Assembly (NCBI RefSeq): GCF_963921235.1
Contig: NC_086097.1
Span: 250,668,001-250,732,000 of the forward strand
DNA from: Mobula hypostoma
Lineage: Eukaryota
Length of the DNA stretch: 64,000 nucleotides
Direction: 5' to 3'
This document shows positions 12,701-25,745 of this stretch, piece by piece. Both the position numbers and the translations under genes were made by a program. The notes below the pieces were generated by a model. That model did no database searches. It was given only the letters and a program-made list of their open reading frames with translations, and was not told the origin of the DNA. How positions within the stretch are numbered: position 1 is the stretch's first letter; every line of letters starts with the position of its first letter.

Positions 12701-13185
12701 GATCGAATAACGTTCACGCTCGTGACTGGAGTGGAGTGACGTTCGCACATCTGTCGTACTCTGTGATCTACAGCTGCAGCTCAAACTATGAATGCCCATG
12801 GGAGGTGCGTTCTTGTTCTCAGAGTCCACGTGCAGCCTGGAAGACGTGCGTCTTCACGATGTGGCCCTGTGGACCCCAAAAAACCCCATACTTCACTGGT
12901 GCCACTGACTGAAATGTTGTGGGTGATTGAAATATCGAAACAGCAGGTGGTATGTGCTGCTGTCAAAGGCCCCTGCACTCGAGCAATCTCTCTCTCTCGA
13001 TAGTGAGTGAGAATCTTTTGGTCCTCGGGTCAAGGAACTCGGCCAAGCAACAGGGCAGATCAGAACAGTAAGCTACTGGTCTCCCACCTTGTCATTGCAG
13101 AAGAAATGTATCTCTCTCCCTTGCTGATGAGAGAGAGCCTTTGAGATGTCGAAGTGTTGGGATGGACGGTCGTTCTGATGGACTC

Positions 13186-13751
13186 CAGACATCCCACCCT
13201 GCAAAAACTCATTTCAGGGAGGTAGCACCATCAATTTGCGGGAGACTTCCGGGAGAGGTGGGATCTCTGCAATAGAGTAGCTCCTTAGCAGCTGGCCAGC
13301 TAGTTTAAATAACGTTAGCTATGCTAATGAAGGAATGACACCTGTTAAACTCACCTCAACATGTCTTTTACAGTCTTAACCCACCATGGGCAATAGAAAA
13401 GTCACTGTTGCAAACAGTGCAGTGAGCAACACTGTCATTATTTTGACCCCTATTAGGCAGGGGTACACCTTAGTGTAGTCTGGGGTGACGTACGTTTTAT
13501 ATTTTTTTTGGAACACTCTGCCATGGCGCGGTCTCGCTCGCGCTCTCTCTCTCTTTCGCGTGGTCACTCGTGCACTCTCAAGCGCTCTTGCTTGCTTTCG
13601 CTCTCGCTCGCTCGCTTGCTTGCTCTTGCTTTCTCTCTCTCGCTCTCAAAAAAATTGATTTCCGTGATATTGTATATAATTTGTGGGCATCAGGGAGCCA
13701 CTACTAGTATGCGGGAGACTCCCGGAACTTCCGGGAGAGGTGGGATGTCTG
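13186..13751. mobile_element. MITE / non-autonomous DNA transposon with 13-bp TIR and 6-bp TSD
   Basis: TIR CAGACATCCCACC / GGTGGGATGTCTG; GGACTC duplicated at 13180-13185 and 13752-13757. Confidence 0.8.
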
Positions 13752-15153
13752 GGACTCTGGATCATGGTTTCCGGGGGCTTTGTTATTGCTTGCATGGTGG
13801 GTGGCAGGGGTCAATGCTTTCGTTGGAGCAAGTGGGGGGGAGGGAGAGGGTTGATGCTTTTGGGAGGACAGGCTTTGGGGTTCTAATGTTTCTGTCACTC
13901 ATTCTCTGTTTTTTTTTCTGTGTTTCGTGGATGTCTGTGAAGAGTAAGAATTTCAGGTCCTATATCATGTACATTCTTGGATATTAAATACTCTGAAGTC
14001 CAGAAGACAGGCACAATGGCTGGAGCCCCAAGCCTGTGAATCCACGAGTTCACCAGAGGCTGGCGTTCTGGAGTTACAGGACTGTGTATGTGGAGTTTGG
14101 GGTTGAGGGCGTAGAAAAGAAAGACAGGGTTTGATTTACTGCTATTATTTTGTTGATTTTTGTGTTCTGTGCTGTTCTGCTAAGCATTGTAGCATGCTAG
14201 GTTGGCGGCAGAATGAGTGGAGACACTTGCGGGCTGCCCCCGGCATATCCTTCGGCATGTTAGTTGTTAATGCAAGTGACGCATTTCATGGTATGTTTTG
14301 ATGTACATGTGATAAATAAATATAAATCTGAATCTGAAAGGTTCTTGATAAGTCAGGGTGTCAACAGTTATGGGAAGAAGGCAGGAGAATGGTTTTGAGA
14401 AGGAAAATAAATCAGCCATGATCAAATAATGGAGCAGAATTGATGGGCCGAATGGCCTATTTCTGATCCTATATCTTTGGTCTTATAGTCTTATCCAGAG
14501 CCAATACATTAAATACCATACTGGGCCACCTAACTATATCAGGTCTATAAGACCATCGGAGGAGCAGAATTAGGCCATTCAGCCCATCAAACCAGCTCTA
14601 CATTTCCATCATGGCTGATATTAAGACCATAAGACATTGGAGCAGAATTGAGGCCATTTGGCCCATCGAGTCTGCTCTGCATTCAATCATGGCTGATCCT
14701 TTTTCCCTTTCCTCAGCCCCACTCCCCGGTCTTCTCCCATAATCTTTGATACCCTTACTACCTGACTATTAATGACCTATCATAAACAGCAGCATGTATT
14801 TACAATGTTAACAGCATTATAAAAAGTGGTTTAAAGTGTTTATAGTGCAGGGACTGGGTTAATAGATAGAAAGGGTTTTGAGGGGTGCTAACTGGAATAA
14901 TTGAACAATTCTGCTCCACTATTCAATCATGACTGATTTATTATCCCTCTCAACCCCATTCTTCAGCCTCCGTCACACCCCCCGTAACCTTTGACACCCT
15001 GACTAATCAAGAACTGATCAACCACTGCTTTAAATATACTCAATGAGTTTCACAGGACTTAATCCATCCAATCAAAAAAATTGGTACAGTACATCAAAGA
15101 AACGGCCTTTTAAACATGAACAACAGAAGCAGTGACTTTTTTCATTCCTTTAC

Positions 15154-15345
15154 CTTAGCCAGCTTCACCAATCCCGTATTGTTGCTTTCATCAGTTACTA
15201 TTTTGAAAATTCCATTTTCGTCACCGTCGACAATGTTGTACAGTATTTCAGAGCTGCCTGTAAAAGCCTCGTCATCATCTGTAGCCTGAATTACTGTTAG
15301 TGTGTTACCTACAGGAACGGTTTCGTTTAAGACGATTGGACCATA
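15154..15345 (-). CDS. cdh17: cadherin-17 coding exon (EC5): YGPIVLNETVPVGNTLTVIQATDDDEAFTGSSEILYNIVDGDENGIFKIVTDESNNTGLVKLAK
   Basis: 192 nt, phase 0-0; acceptor ttgttttcctag, donor gtaaag; not in ORF track. Confidence 0.94.
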
Positions 15346-15586
15346 CTAGGAAAACAAAACACAAAACAACATTAGATAAAAACAATGTGCATGGACAGTC
15401 AATAACAACTCACTTATTTATTTCGAGACACAACGCACATTAAGCTCTTCCGTCGCTTCAAGCCGCACTACCAGCAACCCCTGATTTAACCGCAGCCTAA
15501 TCACAGGGCACCTTACAATGAACAATCAACCTCCTAACTGGTACATCTTTGAACTGTGGGAGGAAATCGGAGCACCTGGAGGAAAC

Positions 15587-16416
15587 TGTTGGCCAGAAAG
15601 AACTACAGCCTACAAATCAGCGATTTCGAATGAATCAAGGACAGTGGAAGTAGACAAACCAATTGTCTCTGCTCTTGACATGTGCTTGAATGAGATGGAG
15701 GCGGCCATTTTGTGAGACTGTCCTTGCAACCCCTCCCCCCACCACCTTGCGGACACTGGGTTGATTCTTGCTCTGGGGTGATCTAATCAGAGCAATTGGA
15801 TGTGGACATGAGGAGATCCAGCAATGACCTGCTAAACCCGAGACCATTCTCAGATGAGTAACTATTTACCATGTGAACTGGCAGGTTTGCAGGAGAAGCA
15901 GTCTGTAATCTCATCTGACTGTGCCTGGGTCACATGATTTGATTGGTTTGAAGCAGTCAGGGGCTGGGAGCAGAGGCCAAAGAACAATGCTGGTTGTAGC
16001 CCTGGACCAAAGCCAAAAGGAAGGTGACCCTGGAAGCTCATGTGACCTTGAGCCAATGGAATGGAGATGCATTATTTGAACTGATGGGGAACAATATAAG
16101 GGTCAGGAGCTTCAAATGCAAAAGAGTGGTAACTGCAAGCACTGGATTCCTACCATTATGGATGTGGAGGACCCCATGGTCATGTGGGGGACAATGAGGA
16201 ACACATGGCTACCATAGACTCCTTTTACTGATATAACTTCTTCTATTCTTTGCTTGTTCATGGAGGGTCAGAAAAACTTAGTAGGTGTGCAAGTAGGTGT
16301 TTGGTTGTGTGAATTCACGTGCTTTTCCGTTGAGACAATAAAGGTACTTATCGGTACTTACAGATTCTCTCTCTGTCACTCTGGTCATTATTACTAAGGG
16401 GTAGATCCTCATAACA
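15587..16416 (+). mobile_element. solo LTR (830 bp) inserted in a minus-strand V-SINE (about 15420-16515)
   Basis: TGTT...AACA termini, flanks GAAAC/AAAAC, TATA-like AATATAAG and AATAAA inside; the SINE V-domain resumes after it. Confidence 0.65.
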
Positions 16417-16694
16417 AAAACCACACATTCTATGGGGGAGGACGTACAGGGGATGCTGGGATTGAACTCTGAACTCCAATGCCCTGAGTTGTAGCAGCAT
16501 CATGGTAGCCACTACACTACCATGGCACCCATAACTTTATGTTAAGTTTTCTATATTGAAGCATTTCCAAATCAACAAATCGGATGAGGTGATTGATCAC
16601 GTATGGAACAAAACGTGCTTCAATAAAGATGTTTTGAATTCGGTCAGAGGAGAATATGGCCAGACATTTGAAGTATAGGGAATACAGTTCACAG

Positions 16695-16704
16695 TCAGAA
16701 GAGC

Positions 16705-16751
<47 letters not shown>

Positions 16752-17090
16752 TGCTGGAGGAACTCAGCAGGTCAGGCAACATCTATGGAGGGGAATAAAC
16801 AGTCGACATTTCAGGCTGAGACCCTTCATCAGGACTGGAAGCAGGGTGGAAGAAGCCAGAATAAAAAAGTAGGAGGAGGGGAAGGAGTACAAACTAGCAG
16901 GCGATAGGAGAGACCAGGTCAGGGGGAAGGTGGGTGGGTAGAGAATGAGAGATGGAGTAAGAAGCTGGGGGGTGATAGGTGGAAAATGTAAAGGGCTGAA
17001 GAAGAAGGAATCTGATAGGAGAGCAGAGTGGACCATGGGAGAAAGGGAAAGAGGAGAGGAAATCCCACATTCTGCCACATAAATCTGCTG
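16695..17090 (-). mobile_element. older Penelope-like element 3' end with hammerhead motif at 16801-16836
   Basis: minus strand AGTC-CTGATGA-AGGGTCTCAGCCT-GAAATGTC-GACT; pyrimidine-rich UTR resembling 58400-58827. Confidence 0.7.
16706..16749. repeat. (CA)n microsatellite
   Basis: about 22 AC units, expanded inside a Penelope-like 3' end. Confidence 0.95.
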
Positions 17091-17130
17091 CATCCAGCAC
17101 CTTTCATAATCCAGCAAATATTTCAGAGCT

Positions 17131-17307
17131 ACACACATTAAATGTTGGTGGATCTCAGCTGGTCAGGCAGCACCTATGGAGAGGAAGAGACTCTTCAATC
17201 CTAATGAAGGGTCTTGGCCCAAAATGTCCCCTCTGTAGATGCTGCCTGACCTGCTGAGTTCCTCCCGCATTTGTGTGTGTTCTGGATTTCCAGCAGAATC
17301 TCCTGTG
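17131..17307. mobile_element. degenerate palindromic Penelope-end element
   Basis: inverted arms ggtcaggcagcacctat / gtagatgctgcctgacc around a decayed hammerhead core (ctaatgaagggtcttggcccaaaatgtc). Confidence 0.55.
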
Positions 17308-17365
17308 CCTAAATGGTTCAGACATTAAATATGACTCTATGACTCTGTGTTGGCTTAATATTTAC

Positions 17366-17442
17366 CTGTGGCTGTTCAAAGATTGGAATCTTGTCATTGA
17401 TATCAATAACAGAGATATTGACAAGGCATTCGGTGCTTAGTC
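17366..17442 (-). CDS. cdh17: cadherin-17 coding exon (EC4 end): LSTECLVNISVIDINDKIPIFEQPQ
   Basis: 77 nt, phase 1-0; acceptor tttttttctag, donor gtaaat; DIND-x-x-P. Confidence 0.93.
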
Positions 17443-18017
17443 CTAGAAAAAAATAAGATTTTGCAATTACAAAATAGTCTAAATTTGGATTAAAATAGAT
17501 TCTCAATGTTAGATATGTGGGTTATGACCAAAGGGAAAAAATGGCTGGAGTCGCTTAGCACTTTAGTGCTAGTGTATTTGTTAGGTGCATCAAAAATCAA
17601 ACTTACAATAAACAAATCTCTCTCCCTCACCTTCCCGCCCCTCCCCCTTCCCCCTCCCTCTATCCCCTTCCCCCTCTCCCTCCACCCCCTCTACCGAGGA
17701 CAATGAGCCCCATTTGATAGGCACCAGGACATCCCACCTTTAATTAACCACAAAGTTAACTAAAGGCTATGAACGAGATGAGAATATGATGCACCTCATA
17801 ATGTAGTTACAATCATATTACAAAGTAAACAGAAACATCCACCTTAAAACAGTATACAAACAACATATACCCATTTACACGTCCCCATGACTAAAGAAAT
17901 GGAATATTGTGCTGTATATGGCAGGAAAGGCACCATAAAGTCAAACCAAGCACGTCAGCTCGGTATAGGACCCATTAACGGGGGAAGTGTGTACACTCAG
18001 CATGACAGCAAGACTGT

Positions 18018-18021
<4 letters not shown>

Positions 18022-18071
<50 letters not shown>

Positions 18072-18121
18072 AGTGAGAGAGTGTGAGAGTGTGTGTGTGT
18101 GAGAGAGAGTGTGAGAGTGTG
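18022..18121. repeat. (TG)n / (GA)n compound microsatellite
   Basis: direct reading. Confidence 0.95.
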
Positions 18122-18539
18122 TAAGGAGTGCATTTACTGAGTGCTCCATGAAAAATACCCTTGAAAAATAAAAACACTCTACCAAATTAACCCGATAGGG
18201 GTTTTACCAACTTTCGGGCTTTCAGAGACACTGGTTACAAACCAGATGAATATTCAAATATCGATTTGGAGACGCGATTCCATATCTTACCATGTCATCT
18301 AGGGAATTTAGCTTCAGGTTTGGTGATTAAATAAATGTTGTACGAGGAGCTGATGGCCTTGAAATCATCTAAAGTCAATATGGTTCACTAGTTTCCTTCA
18401 CAAAATCTGTGACCAGTTTGTCCTTCAAATGTTGTTGGCCCTAAATTGTCCTCAAAGTGGCCCAAGCATGCACTTAGAACATAGAACTTACAGAAAAACA
18501 TGGAACATGAACACTACAGCACAGAACAGCCCCTTTGGC

Positions 18540-21155
18540 CAACAGACATGAGAGAATAGGACCTATCAAGTGTGACAGTGGAAAAGTGTGTATGGAACCG
18601 GAGGAGTTAGCAGAGGTACTTAATGAATACTTTGCTTCAGTATTCACTACGGAAAAGGATCTTGGCGATTGTAGTGATGACTTACAGCGGACTGAAAAGC
18701 TTGAGCAGGTAGATATTAAGAAAGAGGATGTGCTGGAGCTTTTGGAAAGCATCAAGTTGGATAAGTCACTGGGACTAGATGACATGTACTGTACCCCAAG
18801 CTACTGTGGGAGGCGAGGGAAGAGATTGCTGAGCCTCTGGCGAGGATCTTTGCATCATCAATGGGGATGGGAGAGGTTCCGGAGGATTGGAGGGTTGCAG
18901 ATGTTGTTCCCTTCTTCAAGAAAGGGAGTAGAGATAGCCCAGGAAATTATAGACCAGTGAGTCTTACTTCAGTTGTTGGTGAGTTGATGGAGAAGACCCT
19001 GAGAGGCAGGATTTCTGAACATTTGGAGAGGCATAATATGATTAGGAATAGCCAGCATGGCTTTGTCAAAGGCAGGCTGTGCCTTACGAGCCTGATTAAG
19101 TTTTTTGAGGATGTGACTAAACACACTGATGAAGGAAGAGCAGTAGATGTAGTGTATATGGATTTCAGCAAGGCCATGCAAGGCTTATTGAGAAAGTAAG
19201 GAGGCATGGGATCCAAGCGGACATTGCTTTGTGGATCCAGAACTGGCTTGCCCACAGAAGGCAAAGAGTGGTTGTAGATGGGTCATATTCTGCATGGAGG
19301 TCGGTGACCAGTGGTGTGCCTCAAGGATCTGTTCTGGGACCCCTACTCTTCATGATTTTTGTACACGACCTGGATGAGGAAGCGGAGGGATGGGTTAATA
19401 AATTTGCTGATGACACAAAGGTTGGGGGTGTTGTGGATAGTGTGGAGGGCTGTCAGAGGTTAGAGTGGGACATTGATCGGATGCAAAACTGGGCTGAAAA
19501 GTGGCAGATGGAGTTCAACCCAGATAAGTGTGAGGTGGTTCATTTTGGTAGGTCAAATAAGATGGCAGAATATGGTATTAATGATAAGACTCTTGGCAGT
19601 GTGGAGGATCAGAGGGATCTTGGGGTCCGAGTCCATAGGACACTCAAAGCTGCTGCACAGGTTGATTCTGTGGTTAAGAAGGTGTACGGTGCATTGGCCT
19701 TCATCAATCGTGGGATTGAGTTTAGGAGCAGAGAGGTGATGTTGCAGCTATATAGGACATTGGTCAGACCCCACTTGGAGTACTGTGCTCAGTTCTGGTC
19801 ACCTCACTACAGGAAGGATGTGGAATCTATAGAAAGGGTGCTGAGGAGATTTACAAGGATGTTGCCTGGATTGGACAGAATGCCTTATGAGAATAAGTTG
19901 AGTGAACTTGGCCTTTTCTCCTTGGAGTGATGGAGGATGAGAGGTGACCTGATAGAGGTGTATATGATGATGAGAGGCATTGATTGTGTGGATAGTCAGA
20001 GGCTTTTTCCCAGGGCTGAAATGGCTAGCACAAGAGGGCATAGTTTTAAGGTGCTTGGAAGTAGGTACAGAGAAGCTGTCAGGGTAAGTATTTTTTACGC
20101 AGAGTGGTGAGTGCGTGGAATTGGCTGACGGCGGGTGGTGGTGAAGGCAGAAACCATAGAACCATAGAAACTACAGCACAGAAACAGGCCTTTTGGCCCT
20201 TCTTGGCTGTGCCGAACCATTTTCTGCCTAGTCCCACTGACCTGCACACGGACCATATCCCTCCATACACCTCCCATCCATGTATCTGTCCAATTTATTC
20301 TTAAATATTAAAAAAGAACCCGCATTTACCACCTCGTCTGGCAGCACATTCCATACTCCCACCACTCTCTGTGTGAAGAAGCCCCCACTAATGTTCCCTT
20401 TAAACTTTTCCCCCCTCACCCTTAACCCATGTCCTCTGGTTTTTTTCTCCCCTTGCCTCAGTGGAAAAAGCCTGCTTGCATTCACTCTATGTATACCCAT
20501 CATAATTTTATACACCTCTATCAAATCTCCCCTCATTCTTCTACGCTCCAGGGAATAAAGTCCTAACCTATTCAACCTTTCTCTGTAACTGAGTTTCTCA
20601 AGTCCCGGCAACATCCTTGTAAACCTTCTCTGCACTCTTTCAACCTTATTTATATCCTTCCTGTAATTTGGTGACCAAAACTGAACACAATACTCCAGAT
20701 TCGGCCTCACCAATGCCTTATACAACCTCATCATAACATTCCAGCTCTTTTACTCAATACTTTGATTAATAAAGGCCAATGTACCAAAAGCTCTCTTTAC
20801 GACCCTATCTACTTGTGACGACACTTTTAGGGAATTTTGTATCTGTATTCCCAGATCCCTCTGTTCCACGGCACTCCTCAGTGCCTTACCATTAACCCTG
20901 TATGTTCTACCTTGGTTTGTCCTTCCAATGTGCAATACCTCACACTTGTCTGTATTAAACTCCATCTGCCATTTTTCAGCCCATTTTTCCAAGGATAGGG
21001 TTTTTTAAGAGATTTCTGGATAGGTATATGGAGCTTAGTAAAATAAAGGGCTATGGGTCACCCTCAGTAATATCTAAGATAAGGACATGTTCGGCACAGC
21101 TTTGTGGGCTGAAGGGCCTGTATTGTGCTGCAGGTTTTCTGTTTCTATGTTTCTA
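18540..21155 (+). mobile_element. CR1 LINE RT to 3' end (same subfamily as 9170-10730), interrupted by an antisense CR1
   Basis: ORFs 18535..18960, 18861..19199, 19229..19930; tail tttctatgtttct near 21150. Confidence 0.9.
20153..20990 (-). mobile_element. young CR1 3' part nested in a CR1
   Basis: ORFs 20750..20992 and 20228..20734; (TTCTATGG)n tail. Confidence 0.88.
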
Positions 21156-21489
21156 ACAATGTTGTGCTGACATTTAAACCTACTCTAAGATAAATGCAAC
21201 ACTCCCTCCAACATAAAACCACCAGTTTTCTATATTCCATGTGCCCAGATAAAAGTTACTTCAAATTCCCTAATGCATCCACCTCTACCACAACCCCAGT
21301 AGTGTGTTCCACGCACCCACCACTCTCTGTGTAAAAAACTTATCTCTGACACTCCCCCCTATACTTTCCTCCCATCACCTTAAAATTATGCCCCCTCGTA
21401 TTAGTCATTTCCACCCTGGGAAAATGTTTCTCTCTGCCCACTAGATCTACGCTTCTTATCATTTTCTACACTTTTATCAAGTCACTCCT

Positions 21490-22033
21490 TATAGATAAAG
21501 GGGATGCAGTGGATGTTGTATATTTGGACTTTCAGAAGGCCTTTGACAATGTGCAATACATGAGGCTGCTTACCAAGTTAAGAGCCCATGGCATTACAGG
21601 AGGGTTACTAGCACAGTTAGAGCATTTGGCTGATTGGTAGGAGGCAGCGAGTAGGAATAAAAGTATTCTTTTCTGGTTGGCTGCTAATGACAAGTGTTGT
21701 TCTACAGGGTTCGGTGTGGGGCCGCTTCTTTTATGCTATATATCTGATTTAGATGATGGATTAGATGGCTTTGTTGCCAAGTTTGCAGATGATATGAAAG
21801 TTCGAGTGGCTGGTAGTGTTGAGGAAACAGGAAGGTTGCAGAAGGACTTCAACAGATTAGGAGAATGGGCAAGAAAGTGGCAAATGAAATATAATGTTTG
21901 AAAATGCATGGTCATAAGTTTTGGTAATAGAAATAAATGTGTAAACTATTTTCTAAATCAGGGAAGAAAATCCAAAAATCTGAGATGCAAAGGGACTTGG
22001 GAGTCCTTGTGCAGAACACCCTAGGGTTAACTT
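21490..22033 (+). mobile_element. degraded CR1 RT fragment
   Basis: YLDFQKAFD and KFADD motifs. Confidence 0.75.
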
Positions 22034-22455
22034 AGTCATATAGTCATAGTCATACTTTATTGATTCCAAGAGAAATTGGTTTTCGTTACAGTTGCACCAC
22101 AAATAATTAAATAGTAATAAAACCATAAATAATTAAATAGTAATATGTAGATTATGCCAGGAAATAAGTCCAGGACCAGCCTATCGGCTCAGGGTGTCTG
22201 ACCCTCCAAGGGAGGAGTTGTAAAGTTTGATGGCCACAGGCAGGAATGACTTCCTATGACGCTCTGTGCTGCATCTTGGTGGAATGAGTCTCTGGCTGAA
22301 TGTACTCCTGTGCCCACCCAGTACATTATGTAGTGGATGGGAGACATTAACCAAGATGGCGTGCAACTTGGACAGCATCCTCTTTTCAGACACCACCGTC
22401 AGAGAGTCCAGTTCCATCCCCACAACATCATTGGCCTTACGAATGAGTTTGTTGA
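22034..22455 (-). mobile_element. Rex1/Babar-type LINE 3' end, near-identical to 4395-4820
   Basis: second half of ORF 22181..22648; same tail. Confidence 0.78.
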
Positions 22456-23449
22456 TGGGGCAAGTGAATTTGGGTGAAGTTATCCCCTTTGGTTCAAGAG
22501 CCTGATTATTGAGGGGTAATAACTGTTCCTGAACTTGATGATGTGGGTCCTGAGGCTCCTGTAGCTTCTTCCTGATGGCAGCAGCAAGAAGAGGGCACTG
22601 TGTGGGTAGTGGGGATCCCTGATGCACAGCCTGGTATGGAAGCACCAATGCCCTATGATGAAAAATCCTACAAAAAATAGTGGATACAGCTCAGACTATC
22701 ACGGTAAAGCTCTCCCCATCATTGAGCACATCTACATGAAGATAGGGTAAATGCAAACAGGCTTTTTCCCCACTGAGGCTGGGTCCGACTAGAACTAGAG
22801 GTCATTGCTTAAGGGTTGAGGGTGAAATGTTTAAGGGGAAGATCTTCACTCAGAGGATGGTGAAAGTGTGGAACCAGCTGCCAGCGCAAGTAGTGGATGC
22901 AGGGCCGGTTTCAATATTTAAGAGAAATTTGGATAAGTACATGGATGGGCAGGTATGAAAAACTATGGTGCAGGTGCAGGTCAATGGCACTAGGCAGAAT
23001 TATGGTTTGGCATTGACTAGATGAGTCAAAAGGCCTGTTTCTGTGTTGTAATTTTCTATGATTCCACAACAGTTATTCCTGGTTGCTTGTGTATAAAGCA
23101 AGAAGTAATGATGCTAATTCCCAAACCACAGCCCGCTCCCAGCCAGTGATAGCTCCAAAGAAAACAGGCTAAAAGCGTCTGCCAAAACCGCAGGCAAAAA
23201 TAAACTGAATGGCTGAGACTGTTGGGGATGCAGACACTAAAGGAAACTAAAATCATGAAGGTGGCTCCCTTCTGGGATTCTTTAGACAAATCTGCCAGAT
23301 AAAAATGTGGGAAAAAGTTATATTCCATGGTTGTGTAACATATATTCGTATTAAACACTAGGGATATAATAAGTACAAGAGATGCTGGAGATCCAGAGCA
23401 TCACACACAAAATGCTGGAGGAATTCAGTGGGTTAGGCTGATAGAGATA

Positions 23450-25330
23450 GATAGGCATGGATAGAGAATTGGTTAACCAATAGAAGGCGGAAGATTGGGA
23501 TAGGTGGGTGTTTCTCTGGTTGGCCATCTGGTGAGCGGCGTGCCACAGGGGTCGGTGCTGGGCTCGCAACTGTTCACGATATACATTAACGATCTGGAAG
23601 AGGGGACCCAGTGTAGTGTATCTAAGTTTGCTGATGATACTAAATTGAGTGGAAAAGCAAATTGTGCAGAGGATACTGAGAATCTGCAGAGAGATATAGA
23701 TAGATTAAGTGAGTGGGCAAGGGTCTGGCAGATGGAGTACAATGTTGGTAAATGCGAGGTCATCCACTTTGGAAGGAAATATAGAAGAGCGGATTATTAT
23801 TTAAATAGTTAAAGATGTTGCTGTCCAGAGGGACTTGGAAGTACTTGTGCTTGAATCGCAAAAGGTTGGTTTGCAGGTGCAGCAGGCTATCGAGGCAAAT
23901 GGGACGTTAGCCTTCATTGCTAGAGGGATTGAATTTAACAGCAGGGAGGTTATGCTGCAACTATACAGGGTATTGGTGAGGCCACACCTGGAGTACTGTG
24001 TGCAGTTCTGGTCTCCTTACTTGAGGAAGGATATACTGGTTTTGGAGGTGATGCAGAGGAGGATCACCAGGTTGAGTCCAGAGATGAAGGGTGTAAACAA
24101 TGAGGAGAGATTGAGTTGCCTGGGACAATATTTGCTGGAATGCAAAAGGATGAGAGGAGATCTTGTAGAACCATATAAAATTATGAAAGGGATGGAGGCA
24201 GGAAAGTTGTTTCCACTGGTAGGTGAGACTAGAACTAGGGGACATAGCCTTGAGATTTGGAGGAACTGCTTTTCCCAAACAATGATGAATCTGTAGAATT
24301 CTCTGCCCAATGAAGCAGTGGAGGCTTCCTCAGTAAATATATTTAAGACAAGGTTGGATAGATTTTTGCATAGTAAGGGGATTAAGAGTTATGGGGAAAA
24401 GGCAGGTAGGTGGAGATGAGTCCATGGCCAGATCAGCCATGATCTTACTGAATGGCGGAGCAGGCTCGACGGTCCAGATGGCCAACTCCTGCTCCTGTTT
24501 CTTATGTACCCTCCATCAGGACTGAAAAGAAAGGGGAAAGAGGGAGATGGAATACCGTGTAGGGAGGTGTGTGGTCATGCACTTCGGTAGAAGGAATAAA
24601 GGCACAGACTATTTTCAGAATAGGGAGAAAATTCAAACATCAGAGGTGGAAAGGGACTTGGGAGTCCTTGGGCAAGATTCTCTGAAGGTTGAATCGGTGG
24701 TAAGGAAGGCAAATGCAATGTTAGCGTTCATTTTGAGTGAACTTGAATATAAAAGCAAGGATGTGATGCCAAGGCTTTATAAGGCATTGGTCGGACTACA
24801 CTTGAGTATTGAGAGTAGTGTTGGGCCCCTAACCTAAGAAAAGATGTTCAAAAGAGGTTCTCAAGAATGATTCCAGGAATGAAAGGGTTAATGCACGAGG
24901 CATGCTTGTTGGGTCTGGGCCTGTAACAACTGCAGTTTAGAAGAATGAGGGGGATCTCTTTGAAACCTATTGAATATTAAGAGGGTTAGGCAGAGTGGAT
25001 GTAGAGAGCACGTCTCTGATAGTGGGGGAGGTTAAGATCCGAGGGCACAGCCACAGAATAGAGGGATGTATGTTTACAATTGTGATGAAAAGGAATTTCT
25101 CAGCCTGAGGGTGGTGAATCTATGGAACTCTGTCACAAACAGCTGCAGAGGCTAACACATTGGATATGTTTCAAGAGGAGCATGATAGTTTCTTGATTAG
25201 AAAGGGCATCAAAAGTTACAGGGAGAAGGCAGGAAACTGGGATAATAAATCAGCTATGATTAAATGGCAGAGCAGACTCGATGGGCTGAAAGGCCTAATT
25301 CTGCTCCTATGTCCTACAGTCTTATGGTCT
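23450..25330 (+). mobile_element. two tandem degraded CR1 3' portions
   Basis: ORFs 23504..23812, 23835..24296, 24547..24837. Confidence 0.82.
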
Positions 25331-25541
25331 TAAACAATATTCCCTCCATTTTTCCTTACTGCTATGTGGACCAACCATTACTCTGAGCAGGAAACTTTTA
25401 CATGGCCTGAAAACTGTGCAGCTCTTTAAATTTTTTTTTAGTAATATGCTTTTTTGAAAGATTACTTCCTAAAAAAAGTCAGAATATAGAATTTGTCACA
25501 TCATTCAAACACAACCCACGACTCACAACACAAATAAGCAA

Positions 25542-25745
25542 ACACGAGGAATTCTGCAGATGCTGGAATTTCAAGCAACACACATCAAAGTTGCTGGTGA
25601 ATGCAGCAGGCCAGGCAGCATCTCTAGGAAGAGGTACAGTCAACGTTTCAGGCCGAGGGCCCTGACGAAGGGTCTCGGCCCAAAACGTCGACTGTACCTC
25701 TTCCTAGAGATGCTGCCTGGCCTGCTGCGTTCACCAGCAACTTTG
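25542..25745. mobile_element. palindromic Penelope-end (hammerhead) mini-element
   Basis: inverted arms around the hammerhead; 12-bp direct repeat ACAAATAAGCAA at 25530-25541 / 25746-25757. Confidence 0.82.

Noticed and set aside
16517..18185. ORFs with CVCV or THTH runs
   Set aside because: Translations of (CA)n/(TG)n microsatellites.
22181..22648. 155-aa ORF
   Set aside because: Chimera of two different LINE fragments.
23060..23340. possible further solo LTR ending TGTAACA
   Set aside because: Could not find a matching TG start with a TSD.
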